Source: a virus (lineage: Duplodnaviria; Caudoviricetes). Taken from it: a stretch of 56,514 nucleotides of DNA. The notes under the pieces are model-generated. The model was given only the letters and a program-made list of their open reading frames with translations. It had not been told where the DNA came from and did no database searches. Where the stretch lies: positions 1 through 56,514 of IMG/VR virus record IMGVR_UViG_3300025980_000030, one strand, 5' to 3'. The position numbers and the translations under genes were made by a program. The stretch's first letter is position 1. Every line of letters starts with the position of its first letter. Below are positions 34,148 through 42,497 of this stretch, in pieces.

Positions 34148-36147
34148 TGCTGTACTACACGACACGGGCGTTCCCGACCGCGAGCCGCCAGTACGAGGCG
34201 GGCGACGCCATTGACCCGGCCAGTATCACGGCGGCCGAGTGGATCAAGGGCACCGAGTCCGGCGCCGTCGTCCCCGCCCGGTGGTACGGCACCGCGGCCG
34301 AGCTCGCCGCCCGCGGCATCCCCGGACCAGGCGTGCCGGTCTACGAGACCGACACGAGGATCGCCCGCGTCGGCGACGGGACGACTTCGGTTGCATCACT
34401 GCCGCAAGTAGGTAGCAGCACCTATGTTCACTGGATTACGGGCACCGACCCCACCGGGGCGGCCTCGTCCACTGCGGTTGTCCAGGCGGCATTGACGGGG
34501 GCCTCAGCCGGTGACGTCGTCGTCGCCCCGTGGGGCACCCTGCTGGTCGGCGATCTCGTGGTGCCCGCGGACGTCACCTTCGACTTCCGGCGGGCCACCC
34601 TCAAGGCGGCGACGATCACCACGGCGGTCGTGACCCTGTCTGACCGGTCCAAGGTGGCCGGGGGGACCATTGACCTTGGGACGACCACCAGCAAGATTGG
34701 TCTCGATTTCGCGGCCTCCACGGACGCCGAAGCGGATGGCGTGCGGGTCATCGGCGGGACTACCGGATGGGGATTCCGACACGACGGATCCACCCGTCCG
34801 ACGATGACCCGATGCCGGTCCGCCTCTCAGCAGCACGGAATCATCGCCCATGGGTCGGGGGCCACCGATCTGGCAATCACCGGGGGACGTCACACCGAGG
34901 GTGGGGACACCACTGCGGGCACTGGGAGCGTCTACCTGCTGAACTGCACTCGCCTCAAGGTCGATGCGGTCGATGTCTCCGGGACCTCCGGCACCGGGTG
35001 GTACATCGGAGGCAGCACGGCCGACTCGGTTTTCACGAACTGCACGTCCGTCAGCAATGGCGGCGCCGGAGATTTCCGCGGATTCCATGTCGCCGATACC
35101 GCATCGAACGTCACTTTCACCACATGCTCGGCGATCAGTAACGCCGAGAACGGTTGGTTCGCTGATAGCACTGGTCGCGGCGTGAAACTGGTCGGCTGCC
35201 TGGCGCGCGGAAACAACGTGCAGCACCGCGCGGGAGGCAACGGCTTCGAGATCAACTCCCCTGGCGCCGAACTGGTCGGATGCACCGGGACCGGACAGCT
35301 CGGCAACTCGGCAGGTCAGGGGTCCGGGGCCTACCTCGGATCATCGGTACAGGTGATCGGCGGCCGATTCGAGGGCAACTACTGCGATGGGGTCAGGGTC
35401 GCAGCGTCCGATGCGTCCGTGACCGGCGCGACATGCGCGAACAACGGGTCGGGCGGCGGGTCGGGTATCCGCGCGCTGGGCACCATCAGCGGAATCTCGA
35501 TCGTTGCGAACTCCTGCGTAGATACCCAAGGCAGCCCTACGCAGTCCTACGGCGTCAGCATCGAAACCGGCGTGACCGGGTATACCTTCGTGCCCGGCGT
35601 GGCGCACGGGAACGTCACGGGCGACTACAGCATTACAACCAGCGCGGACGTCCCGCCGGCATCGCTTTACCCGCTTGGCCCGAACTACCCGTACACGGGG
35701 GCCCTCCTGTCCGGGGCATTGACGATGATCGGGTTCGGGGCCGATCAGGCTTTCTACTGCCGAGCATTGTCATCCGGCAGGATCTCGAAGATCGGGTTTC
35801 AGGTCGGTGTGCAGTCGGGCACGGTCTGTGTCGGCGTTTACGCGAACAGCGGCCAGGGGCGCAATGCCACCCCGGGAGCCCGCAAGGCGACCTCCGGCAG
35901 CGTGTCCTGCCCCGCCCCGGGCTACGCCGAGGTGGCCCTTACCGCGCCTGTCGACGTAAGGGCGGGTGAGTGGCTGTCGATCTCGGTCAGCAACACCGTT
36001 GTCACCGTTGCAGCGTCGGGCATCACGTCCGTGAGCGCGATGGGCAGCGGCATGTCCTGCTACCAGGGGTCTGCGACTCCGCTGCCGGCGACGGCCGCGC
36101 CGGAAGGCGCCGTCGTCAACACTGTGTACCTGGTCGGCGTCGCCTGA
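34147..36147 (+). CDS. Right-handed beta-helix (pectate lyase-like) spike/depolymerase
   Basis: YETDT...VGDGTT N-terminal motif; DPTGAASST..VQAAL; parallel beta-helix repeats (N...G/GC.A..N). Confidence 0.75.
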   Translation: MLYYTTRAFPTASRQYEAGDAIDPASITAAEWIKGTESGAVVPARWYGTAAELAARGIPGPGVPVYETDTRIARVGDGTTSVASLPQVGSSTYVHWITGTDPTGAASSTAVVQAALTGASAGDVVVAPWGTLLVGDLVVPADVTFDFRRATLKAATITTAVVTLSDRSKVAGGTIDLGTTTSKIGLDFAASTDAEADGVRVIGGTTGWGFRHDGSTRPTMTRCRSASQQHGIIAHGSGATDLAITGGRHTEGGDTTAGTGSVYLLNCTRLKVDAVDVSGTSGTGWYIGGSTADSVFTNCTSVSNGGAGDFRGFHVADTASNVTFTTCSAISNAENGWFADSTGRGVKLVGCLARGNNVQHRAGGNGFEINSPGAELVGCTGTGQLGNSAGQGSGAYLGSSVQVIGGRFEGNYCDGVRVAASDASVTGATCANNGSGGGSGIRALGTISGISIVANSCVDTQGSPTQSYGVSIETGVTGYTFVPGVAHGNVTGDYSITTSADVPPASLYPLGPNYPYTGALLSGALTMIGFGADQAFYCRALSSGRISKIGFQVGVQSGTVCVGVYANSGQGRNATPGARKATSGSVSCPAPGYAEVALTAPVDVRAGEWLSISVSNTVVTVAASGITSVSAMGSGMSCYQGSATPLPATAAPEGAVVNTVYLVGVA

Positions 36148-36255
36148 CCCGCATAAGCACCGCTACCTGACAACTGAACAGCTCCACACCACTCCCCACG
36201 GCGCGCCGGTCCGGCGGGCCGACGCCAAGAAAGCAAGGGACAGGGAGGGCATCGA

Positions 36256-37311
36256 ATGCCCGGGTTGTACTACTGCACGATCGAGGACGTACGCGACGCT
36301 CTCGAATCGAAGGCGAGCGCCTACGACGAACGCCGCATCGGCCGCGCCATCGAGGCGGCGTCCGGTGACGTTGACGACGTCATTCAGCAGCACACCGGGC
36401 ACTTCCGGCCCATCATCGAGACTCGCTACTTCGAGTGGCCCCCGCCGCAGACCGCGCACCGGTGGCGGTTGTGGCTCGACGGCAACGCGCTCATCTCGGT
36501 CTCGGCCCTCACCTCGGGTGGCGTGACGATCACTGCCACCGACTACTTCCTTGAGCCGCAGGCGTACGGCCCGCCCTACGACCGGATCGAGCTCGATCGA
36601 GGCGGACCGGCCGCCTTCGACTACACCGCGGGCACCCCACAGCGCGCGGTCGCGGTCACTGGACTGTGGGGGCAGGGCGACGACCGCGAGGCTGCCGGGG
36701 CGCTCGATGGGGCCATCAACGCCAGCGTGACCGCGCTCACCGTGACCGACGGCTCGAAGGTGGGCGTCGGCGATCACCTGATCATCGGCACCGAGCGCAT
36801 GATCGTGACCGCGAAAGCGTGGGCCGACTCGGGCCAGAACATCGGCGCCGACCTCGCGGCCAGCGAGGCTGCCCGGACGGTCGCGGTCTCGACCGGCAGC
36901 GAGTACGCCGAGGGCGAGCTGCTGCTCGTGGACAGCGAGCGCATGCTCGTGCTCGACATCTCGGGCAACAACCTCACGGTGCAGCGCGCGGCCGACGGCT
37001 CGGTGCTCGCGGCGCACACCACCGGTGCCGATGTCTACGCCCGCCGGGCGTGCACGGTCGAGCGCGGGGCCCGCGGCTCGACGGCCGCGAGCCACCTCGA
37101 CGCGGCCAGCATCGAGCGCCACGTCGTGCCCGGTGACGTCGTCGAGCTCGCGGTCGCCTCGGCCGTCACGACCCTGCTCTCGGGCCGGGCGGGCTACGCC
37201 CGCGAGTACGGGCCGCAGGGGTCCGGGACGAAGCTCGGCGTCGGCCTGCCGGACCTGCGCGACCGGGTGGCCTCCAACTACGGGCAGCAGTGCCGGCTCC
37301 GGACGGTCTGA
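36256..37311 (+). CDS. Head-to-tail adaptor-like protein with duplicated beta inserts
   Basis: YYCT.EDV..AL, IEAAS..VD, V.VTG.WG, VPGDV.EL. Confidence 0.7.
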   Translation: MPGLYYCTIEDVRDALESKASAYDERRIGRAIEAASGDVDDVIQQHTGHFRPIIETRYFEWPPPQTAHRWRLWLDGNALISVSALTSGGVTITATDYFLEPQAYGPPYDRIELDRGGPAAFDYTAGTPQRAVAVTGLWGQGDDREAAGALDGAINASVTALTVTDGSKVGVGDHLIIGTERMIVTAKAWADSGQNIGADLAASEAARTVAVSTGSEYAEGELLLVDSERMLVLDISGNNLTVQRAADGSVLAAHTTGADVYARRACTVERGARGSTAASHLDAASIERHVVPGDVVELAVASAVTTLLSGRAGYAREYGPQGSGTKLGVGLPDLRDRVASNYGQQCRLRTV

Positions 37312-37312
37312 C

Positions 37313-37693
37313 ATGGAAGCGATCGAGATCAAGCTCACCGGTCCGATCTTCGACGGCCGGGCCGTGCAGGCAGGCCACGAGGTCACGCAGGCGATCGTCG
37401 ATCGGGTAGCGGGCTACGCGCTCGAACAGGTGCAGCACAACCTCGACGGTTCGCTCAAGAACCCCACCCCGTACTACGAGACGCAGATCAACGTTGTCGG
37501 GTACATGACCGACCGGGTGGTCAACGACAGAGGCGTCGTCTACGGGCCGTGGCTCGAAGGCAACGGCAGCAGGAACGCGACGACGCGCTTCAAGGGCTAC
37601 GCCTCGTTCCGCCGGGCCGCGCAGGTGACCCGCTCGCGCGTCCGGCACATCGCCGGGGGCGTCGTCTCGCAGTACATCCGACGGATGGGGTGA
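37313..37693 (+). CDS. Neck/tail completion protein (HK97 gp10-like)
   Basis: VYGPWLEG.G motif; position. Confidence 0.65.
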   Translation: MEAIEIKLTGPIFDGRAVQAGHEVTQAIVDRVAGYALEQVQHNLDGSLKNPTPYYETQINVVGYMTDRVVNDRGVVYGPWLEGNGSRNATTRFKGYASFRRAAQVTRSRVRHIAGGVVSQYIRRMG

Positions 37694-37697
37694 CCCG

Positions 37698-38162
37698 ATG
37701 ACTGCCGAAGCAACTGTCGTGGCCGTGCTCGATGGCATCGTCTCGCCGATGCTGGCCTCGGGCATGTTCGCCCGGGTCAACAAGCACGAGCCCAAGAGCG
37801 CGCCCGGCTCGGGCCTCACGGCCGCCGTGTGGCTCGATTCGGTGGGCCCGGCCGTGAGCGCGAGCGGGCTCTCGGCTACCTCGGCCCGGCTCGTCTTCCG
37901 CATCCGGCTCTACACCTCGATGATCAGCGAGCCACAGGACGCCATCGACCCGGCGATGCTCGCGGCCAACATCAAGCTCATGGCGTCGTTTTCGGACGAC
38001 TTCGACCTCGGCGGGTCCGTGCGCAACGTCGACCTGCTCGGCGCCTACGGCATACCGATGAGCTCGCAGGCGGGCTACCTCAACCAAGACGGCAAGCTGA
38101 TGAGGATCATCGACATCACGTTGCCGCTCATCATGAACGATCTGTGGACGCAGAGCGCCTAG
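37698..38162 (+). CDS. Probable tail terminator
   Basis: Position; DFDLGGSV motif. Confidence 0.65.
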   Translation: MTAEATVVAVLDGIVSPMLASGMFARVNKHEPKSAPGSGLTAAVWLDSVGPAVSASGLSATSARLVFRIRLYTSMISEPQDAIDPAMLAANIKLMASFSDDFDLGGSVRNVDLLGAYGIPMSSQAGYLNQDGKLMRIIDITLPLIMNDLWTQSA

Positions 38163-38176
38163 GAAAGGGGTGAACG

Positions 38177-38917
38177 ATGGGCAAGGACAGCGGGCTCGGC
38201 GACAACTTCTACGTCGATGGGTACAACCTCTCAGGAGACACGCAGCAGCTCGGTAACGTCGGTGGCGGTATTCAGACCATCGACGTGACCGGCATCGACA
38301 AGAGCGCGCACGAGCGTATCGGCGGATTGCGCGATGGCCGGATCGAGTGGACGTCGTTCTTCAACGACGCCGCAGGACAGGCGCACCCGAAGCTGTCGGC
38401 CCTGCCGACCGCCGACGTGGTGGCCTCCTACTTCCGGGGGACCGTGCTCGGCAACTCGGCCGCCTCGATCGTGGCGAAGCAGGTCAACTACGACGGCACC
38501 CGGGGCAACGACGGGCAGTTCACGTTCGGGGTCAACGCGGTGGCGAACGCCTACGGGCTGCTGTGGGGCCGTCAGCTCACCGCGGGCATGAAGACGGACA
38601 CCACCGGGACGAACGGCACCGGCGTTGACACCACGGCGAGCGCATCGTTCGGGTGGGCGATGGCGGTGCACTGCACCGGCGTGACCGGCACGAGCGTCAC
38701 GATCAAGGTGCAGGACTCGGCCGACAACGCCTCATTCTCCGACGTCACCGGCGCGACGACGACGGCGTTTACTACCGCCGGAGGGCAGTTCATCATCGCG
38801 AGCAGCTCGACCGCGACCGTCCGGCGCTACATCCGGTACGTCAGCTCGGGCACGTTCACCTCGGCCACGTTCGCGGTCAACTTCGTGAAGGGTGAGGGCG
38901 TCGCCCTCATGTTCTGA
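38177..38917 (+). CDS. Tail-tube-like protein with extra C-terminal beta domain
   Basis: N-terminal half resembles 39358-39768 (K.SGLG, D.TGIDKSA.ER). Confidence 0.65.
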   Translation: MGKDSGLGDNFYVDGYNLSGDTQQLGNVGGGIQTIDVTGIDKSAHERIGGLRDGRIEWTSFFNDAAGQAHPKLSALPTADVVASYFRGTVLGNSAASIVAKQVNYDGTRGNDGQFTFGVNAVANAYGLLWGRQLTAGMKTDTTGTNGTGVDTTASASFGWAMAVHCTGVTGTSVTIKVQDSADNASFSDVTGATTTAFTTAGGQFIIASSSTATVRRYIRYVSSGTFTSATFAVNFVKGEGVALMF

Positions 38918-38919
38918 TC

Positions 38920-39351
38920 ATGCGACCCATGAACCGGATCGAGCCCGTCGGCCCGGCGGCGGCCTACAAGACCTACACCATCGACAGCCCCCGGGACACC
39001 ACCGAGCGGGCCGCCTGCGAGCAGGTCGGTTGCGGGGCCTACCGGAACGGCTGGCGGTCGATCATCGACGAGCGGACAGACCTCGGCCGCGCGCAGGCCG
39101 AGTACATCCGCACCCGCTCGCGGCGCACGTTCCGCGAGCAGCGCGCAGGCGACGGCATGACCTGCTTCATCTTCGAGAGCGGGCAGCGCTGTTTCACTGA
39201 CCATAAGACTCGTCCCGAGACCTACGCCGTTCATCTCGGTGACTGGCGGCAGAACTTCGGGACGGTAAGGGCCCACGTCCGCGCCGCGGATTGGGTGGAC
39301 GACTTCGGCGAGCACCAACTACGGATCGCCGACCGGATCGAGAAGGGATAA
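38920..39351 (+). CDS. Hypothetical protein in the tail cluster
   Basis: In operon; C..VGC, C..DH. Confidence 0.65.
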   Translation: MRPMNRIEPVGPAAAYKTYTIDSPRDTTERAACEQVGCGAYRNGWRSIIDERTDLGRAQAEYIRTRSRRTFREQRAGDGMTCFIFESGQRCFTDHKTRPETYAVHLGDWRQNFGTVRAHVRAADWVDDFGEHQLRIADRIEKG

Positions 39352-39357
39352 CCCCTC

Positions 39358-39768
39358 ATGGCGAAGGAATCGGGCCTTGGGTGGACGACCTGCTCTGTCG
39401 ACGACAGTGCGGGCTCGGCGCAGGCCATCAAGAACGACATCACCAACCTGGCGTTCTCGACGCCCCGCGGCGTGCAGGACATCACTGGCATCGACAAGAG
39501 CGCCTATGAGCGCCTGCTGCTGCTGGCCGACTTCTCGATCACGCTCAACGGCGTGTTCGACGACAGCTCGGCGGCGAACGCGCACGCGGTGTTCAAGACC
39601 GTGCCGAGTACCTCGGTTGCCAGGACGGTCACGCTCACGGTGTCCGGCGACACCCTCGCCAACGAGGTGCTGTTCACCGACTACCCGCTCACCCGTTCCG
39701 CGGCAGGCGAGCTCACCTTCGCGGTTCCCGGCGTGCTCGCCGACGGCACCGTGCCCACGTGGGCGTGA
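39358..39768 (+). CDS. Probable major tail (tube) protein
   Basis: Position before the chaperone and tape measure; beta-rich. Confidence 0.7.
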   Translation: MAKESGLGWTTCSVDDSAGSAQAIKNDITNLAFSTPRGVQDITGIDKSAYERLLLLADFSITLNGVFDDSSAANAHAVFKTVPSTSVARTVTLTVSGDTLANEVLFTDYPLTRSAAGELTFAVPGVLADGTVPTWA

Positions 39769-39777
39769 GGTAGCGAC

Positions 39778-40218
39778 ATGGGATTCAAGGCACCGGGGCG
39801 CCGGACGGTCACGCTCCCGTTCACGGGAGAGCTCGAAGGGCTCGTCGTGACCGTCCGGCGGGCGAGTCAGTCCGCGCTACGGGCTGCCGCCGAGCTCATG
39901 GAGTTGACGGACGGGCCGGACATCACCGAGTCGGACGCGCGGGCGATCCTCGGCCTGTTCGACCGCTTCGCCCGCGCGCTCGTCTCGTGGAACGTCGAGG
40001 ACCCCGAGACCGGCGACCCCATCCCGGCCACGGCCGAGGGCATCGCCGATCTTGACGACGACTTCGTGCTCAAGATCATCATGGGATGGCTGACCACGGT
40101 CGAGACCGACGGCGGCGGGCAGGCCGTCATCACCGCGGCCGAGCTGCACGCCGAGGCGCTGGCCGAGGAAGCCGACGCCGAACTCGTGGCGTCGCTGCCG
40201 GTCGAGGCGCTCGACTGA
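39778..40218 (+). CDS. Tail assembly chaperone
   Basis: LVSWNVED..G.PIPAT.EG motif; precedes the tape measure gene. Confidence 0.7.
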   Translation: MGFKAPGRRTVTLPFTGELEGLVVTVRRASQSALRAAAELMELTDGPDITESDARAILGLFDRFARALVSWNVEDPETGDPIPATAEGIADLDDDFVLKIIMGWLTTVETDGGGQAVITAAELHAEALAEEADAELVASLPVEALD

Positions 40219-40262
40219 CCCGTCGTACCGATTCCGTTGCCGCACAAGGGAGGTGAACCGCA

Positions 40263-42497
40263 GTGAGTCAGAACACCGTTGACATCACGGTGCGGTCGAC
40301 GGATCAGTCGGCGAAGGGCCTCGACCAGGCCAACAAGAACGCGGGCAAGTTCAAGGACACGTTGCGCGAGATCGGCAAGACCGCCGCGGGCGTGCTCACG
40401 GCCGACATCGCGATGAAGGCCGCGCAGGGCATCAAGAACTTGGTCACGGACTCGGTCAAGCAGGCGAGCGATCTCAACGAGTCACTCAACGCCGTGAACG
40501 TGACGTTCGGGTCGAGCGCGAAGCAGATCACCGATTGGGGCAAGCAGAACGCCGCCTCGTTCGGCCTCTCGCAGAGCGCGTTCAACGCGATGGCGACGCC
40601 GCTCGGGGCCATGCTCAAGAACACCGGGCTCTCGATGCAGGACACAACGAAGTGGACGATCGACCTCACCAAGCGCGCCGCCGACATGGCGAGCGTCTTC
40701 AATACGTCGGTGCCGGACGCCCTGCAAGCGATTCAGGCTGGCCTGCGCGGCGAGGCTGACCCGCTCGAACGGTACGGCGTCGGGCTCTCGGCGGCCAAGG
40801 TGGAGGCTGCCGCGCTCGCCGAGACCGGCAAGCGCGCGGCGTCGTCGCTCACCGAGCAGGAGAAGGCGACGGCCCGCCTCAACATCATCATGAAGCAGAC
40901 CTCGCAGACGCAAGGCGACTTCCAGAACACCTCGGACGGGGCGGCCAATGCAGCCAGGATCGCCTCGGCGCAGTTCGACAACGCAAAGGCATCTCTCGGC
41001 AACGCGCTACTGCCCATCCTCGCGAAGGCCGCCACGGCGGCGGCCACGCTCGCCGAGGGCTTCAACAACCTGCCGGGCCCGATGCAGGCGACGATCGTCA
41101 TCCTCGGCGCCGTCGGTGCCGCCGCCGTGCTGCTCGGCCCCAAGATCAAGGCCGCCCACACCGAGATGCGCAACCTCGGACAGGGCGCGCTCTCGGCCGA
41201 CACCAGGCTCGGGGGGATGGCCCGGAGCGCGGGCAAGGTCGCCGGTGCCCTCGGAGCGATGGCGACGGCCTCGGCTTTCATGTCCTCAGATGCTGGGGCG
41301 AAGGGCGTCGACACCACACGCAAGGCGCTCGAAGAGCTGCGCAAGAGCGGCAAGGACGGCTCGGGCACCTTGCAGCACATCGACTTCGACCTCAAAAGCA
41401 TCAACGACTCGGGTCGCAACGCAGCGGCTGGCATCGAAACGTTCACGGGCTTCATCGCTGAGGGGCTCGGGCAGGGCTGGCAGAAGATCGACGCCGTCAA
41501 TCAGCGGATGCAGGCTCTCGACTCAAGCCTCGCCGGAATGGTGTCGAGCGGCAACGCCAAGGAAGCCGCCGAGGACTTCGAGCTGTTGCGGCGCAAGGCC
41601 GAAGAGCAGGGCACGAGCGTCGAGAAGCTCAAGGAGTTCTTCCCGCAGTATCAGAACGCCCTCGACGCCGCCGCTCGCGAGAACACCAACACCGCGGACG
41701 CGGCGAAGAACCTCACGCAGACGGTCGACCAGCAGCGCGAGGCCATCGACAAGGCGGCCGACGCGCTGCTCGGCCAGCGCGATGCGATGCGGGGGCTCGA
41801 ATCGAGCTACGACGACGCCACCGAGGCGATCAGGAAAAACGGCAGGACCCTCGACATCGGCAGCGAGAAGGGCCGCGCCAATCAGGACGCGCTCGACGGC
41901 ATCGCCTCGGCAGCCAAGAAAGCCGCTCAGGCCACCATCGCACAGGGCGGCTCGCAGGCCGAGGCTAACGCGATTATGGCGACGGCACGCTCGCGCTTCA
42001 TCGCAACGGCAACGGCTATGGGCATGGGCGCCTCGCAGGCGAGGACTCTCGCCGGCAGGCTGTTCGCCATCCCCAAGAACACGAACGCGAACGTCAACGT
42101 GAACACGGGGACGGCGAACGCCCGGCTCGACGCGCTGCGTGCGAAGCTCTTCTCGGTGCGTGGCCTGCTGGCAGACGTCAACGCAGGTACCTACGGCCAC
42201 GGGCTCGGCGTCTACAAGGCGACCGGCGGCATCGTGGGCCGGGCGGCGACCGGCGGTATCCGCTCGAACATGGTCATGACCGGCGAACACGGCCCCGAGA
42301 TCCTCGATCTACCGCCGGGCACGCAGGTGCACAGCAACCCGGACACCGAGCGGATGCTCGGCGCGACGGGCGCCTCGTCACAGCCGTTCGTCGTCATCCT
42401 CCAGATCGGCGAGCAGAAGCTCGGCGAGATCCTCGTCGATCCCATGCGCCGTGCGGTTCGAGCCCGCGGCGGCAACGTGCAGGCGGTACTCGGATGA
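40263..42497 (+). CDS. Tape measure protein
   Basis: Ala-rich helical; AADMAS, GLRGE.DPL..YG, TGEHGPEI; RBS GGGAGG. Confidence 0.9.
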   Translation: MSQNTVDITVRSTDQSAKGLDQANKNAGKFKDTLREIGKTAAGVLTADIAMKAAQGIKNLVTDSVKQASDLNESLNAVNVTFGSSAKQITDWGKQNAASFGLSQSAFNAMATPLGAMLKNTGLSMQDTTKWTIDLTKRAADMASVFNTSVPDALQAIQAGLRGEADPLERYGVGLSAAKVEAAALAETGKRAASSLTEQEKATARLNIIMKQTSQTQGDFQNTSDGAANAARIASAQFDNAKASLGNALLPILAKAATAAATLAEGFNNLPGPMQATIVILGAVGAAAVLLGPKIKAAHTEMRNLGQGALSADTRLGGMARSAGKVAGALGAMATASAFMSSDAGAKGVDTTRKALEELRKSGKDGSGTLQHIDFDLKSINDSGRNAAAGIETFTGFIAEGLGQGWQKIDAVNQRMQALDSSLAGMVSSGNAKEAAEDFELLRRKAEEQGTSVEKLKEFFPQYQNALDAAARENTNTADAAKNLTQTVDQQREAIDKAADALLGQRDAMRGLESSYDDATEAIRKNGRTLDIGSEKGRANQDALDGIASAAKKAAQATIAQGGSQAEANAIMATARSRFIATATAMGMGASQARTLAGRLFAIPKNTNANVNVNTGTANARLDALRAKLFSVRGLLADVNAGTYGHGLGVYKATGGIVGRAATGGIRSNMVMTGEHGPEILDLPPGTQVHSNPDTERMLGATGASSQPFVVILQIGEQKLGEILVDPMRRAVRARGGNVQAVLG

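Noticed and set aside
40150-40263. Programmed frameshift extension of the tail assembly chaperone
   Set aside because: No clear slippery heptamer and only 44 nt before the tape measure start
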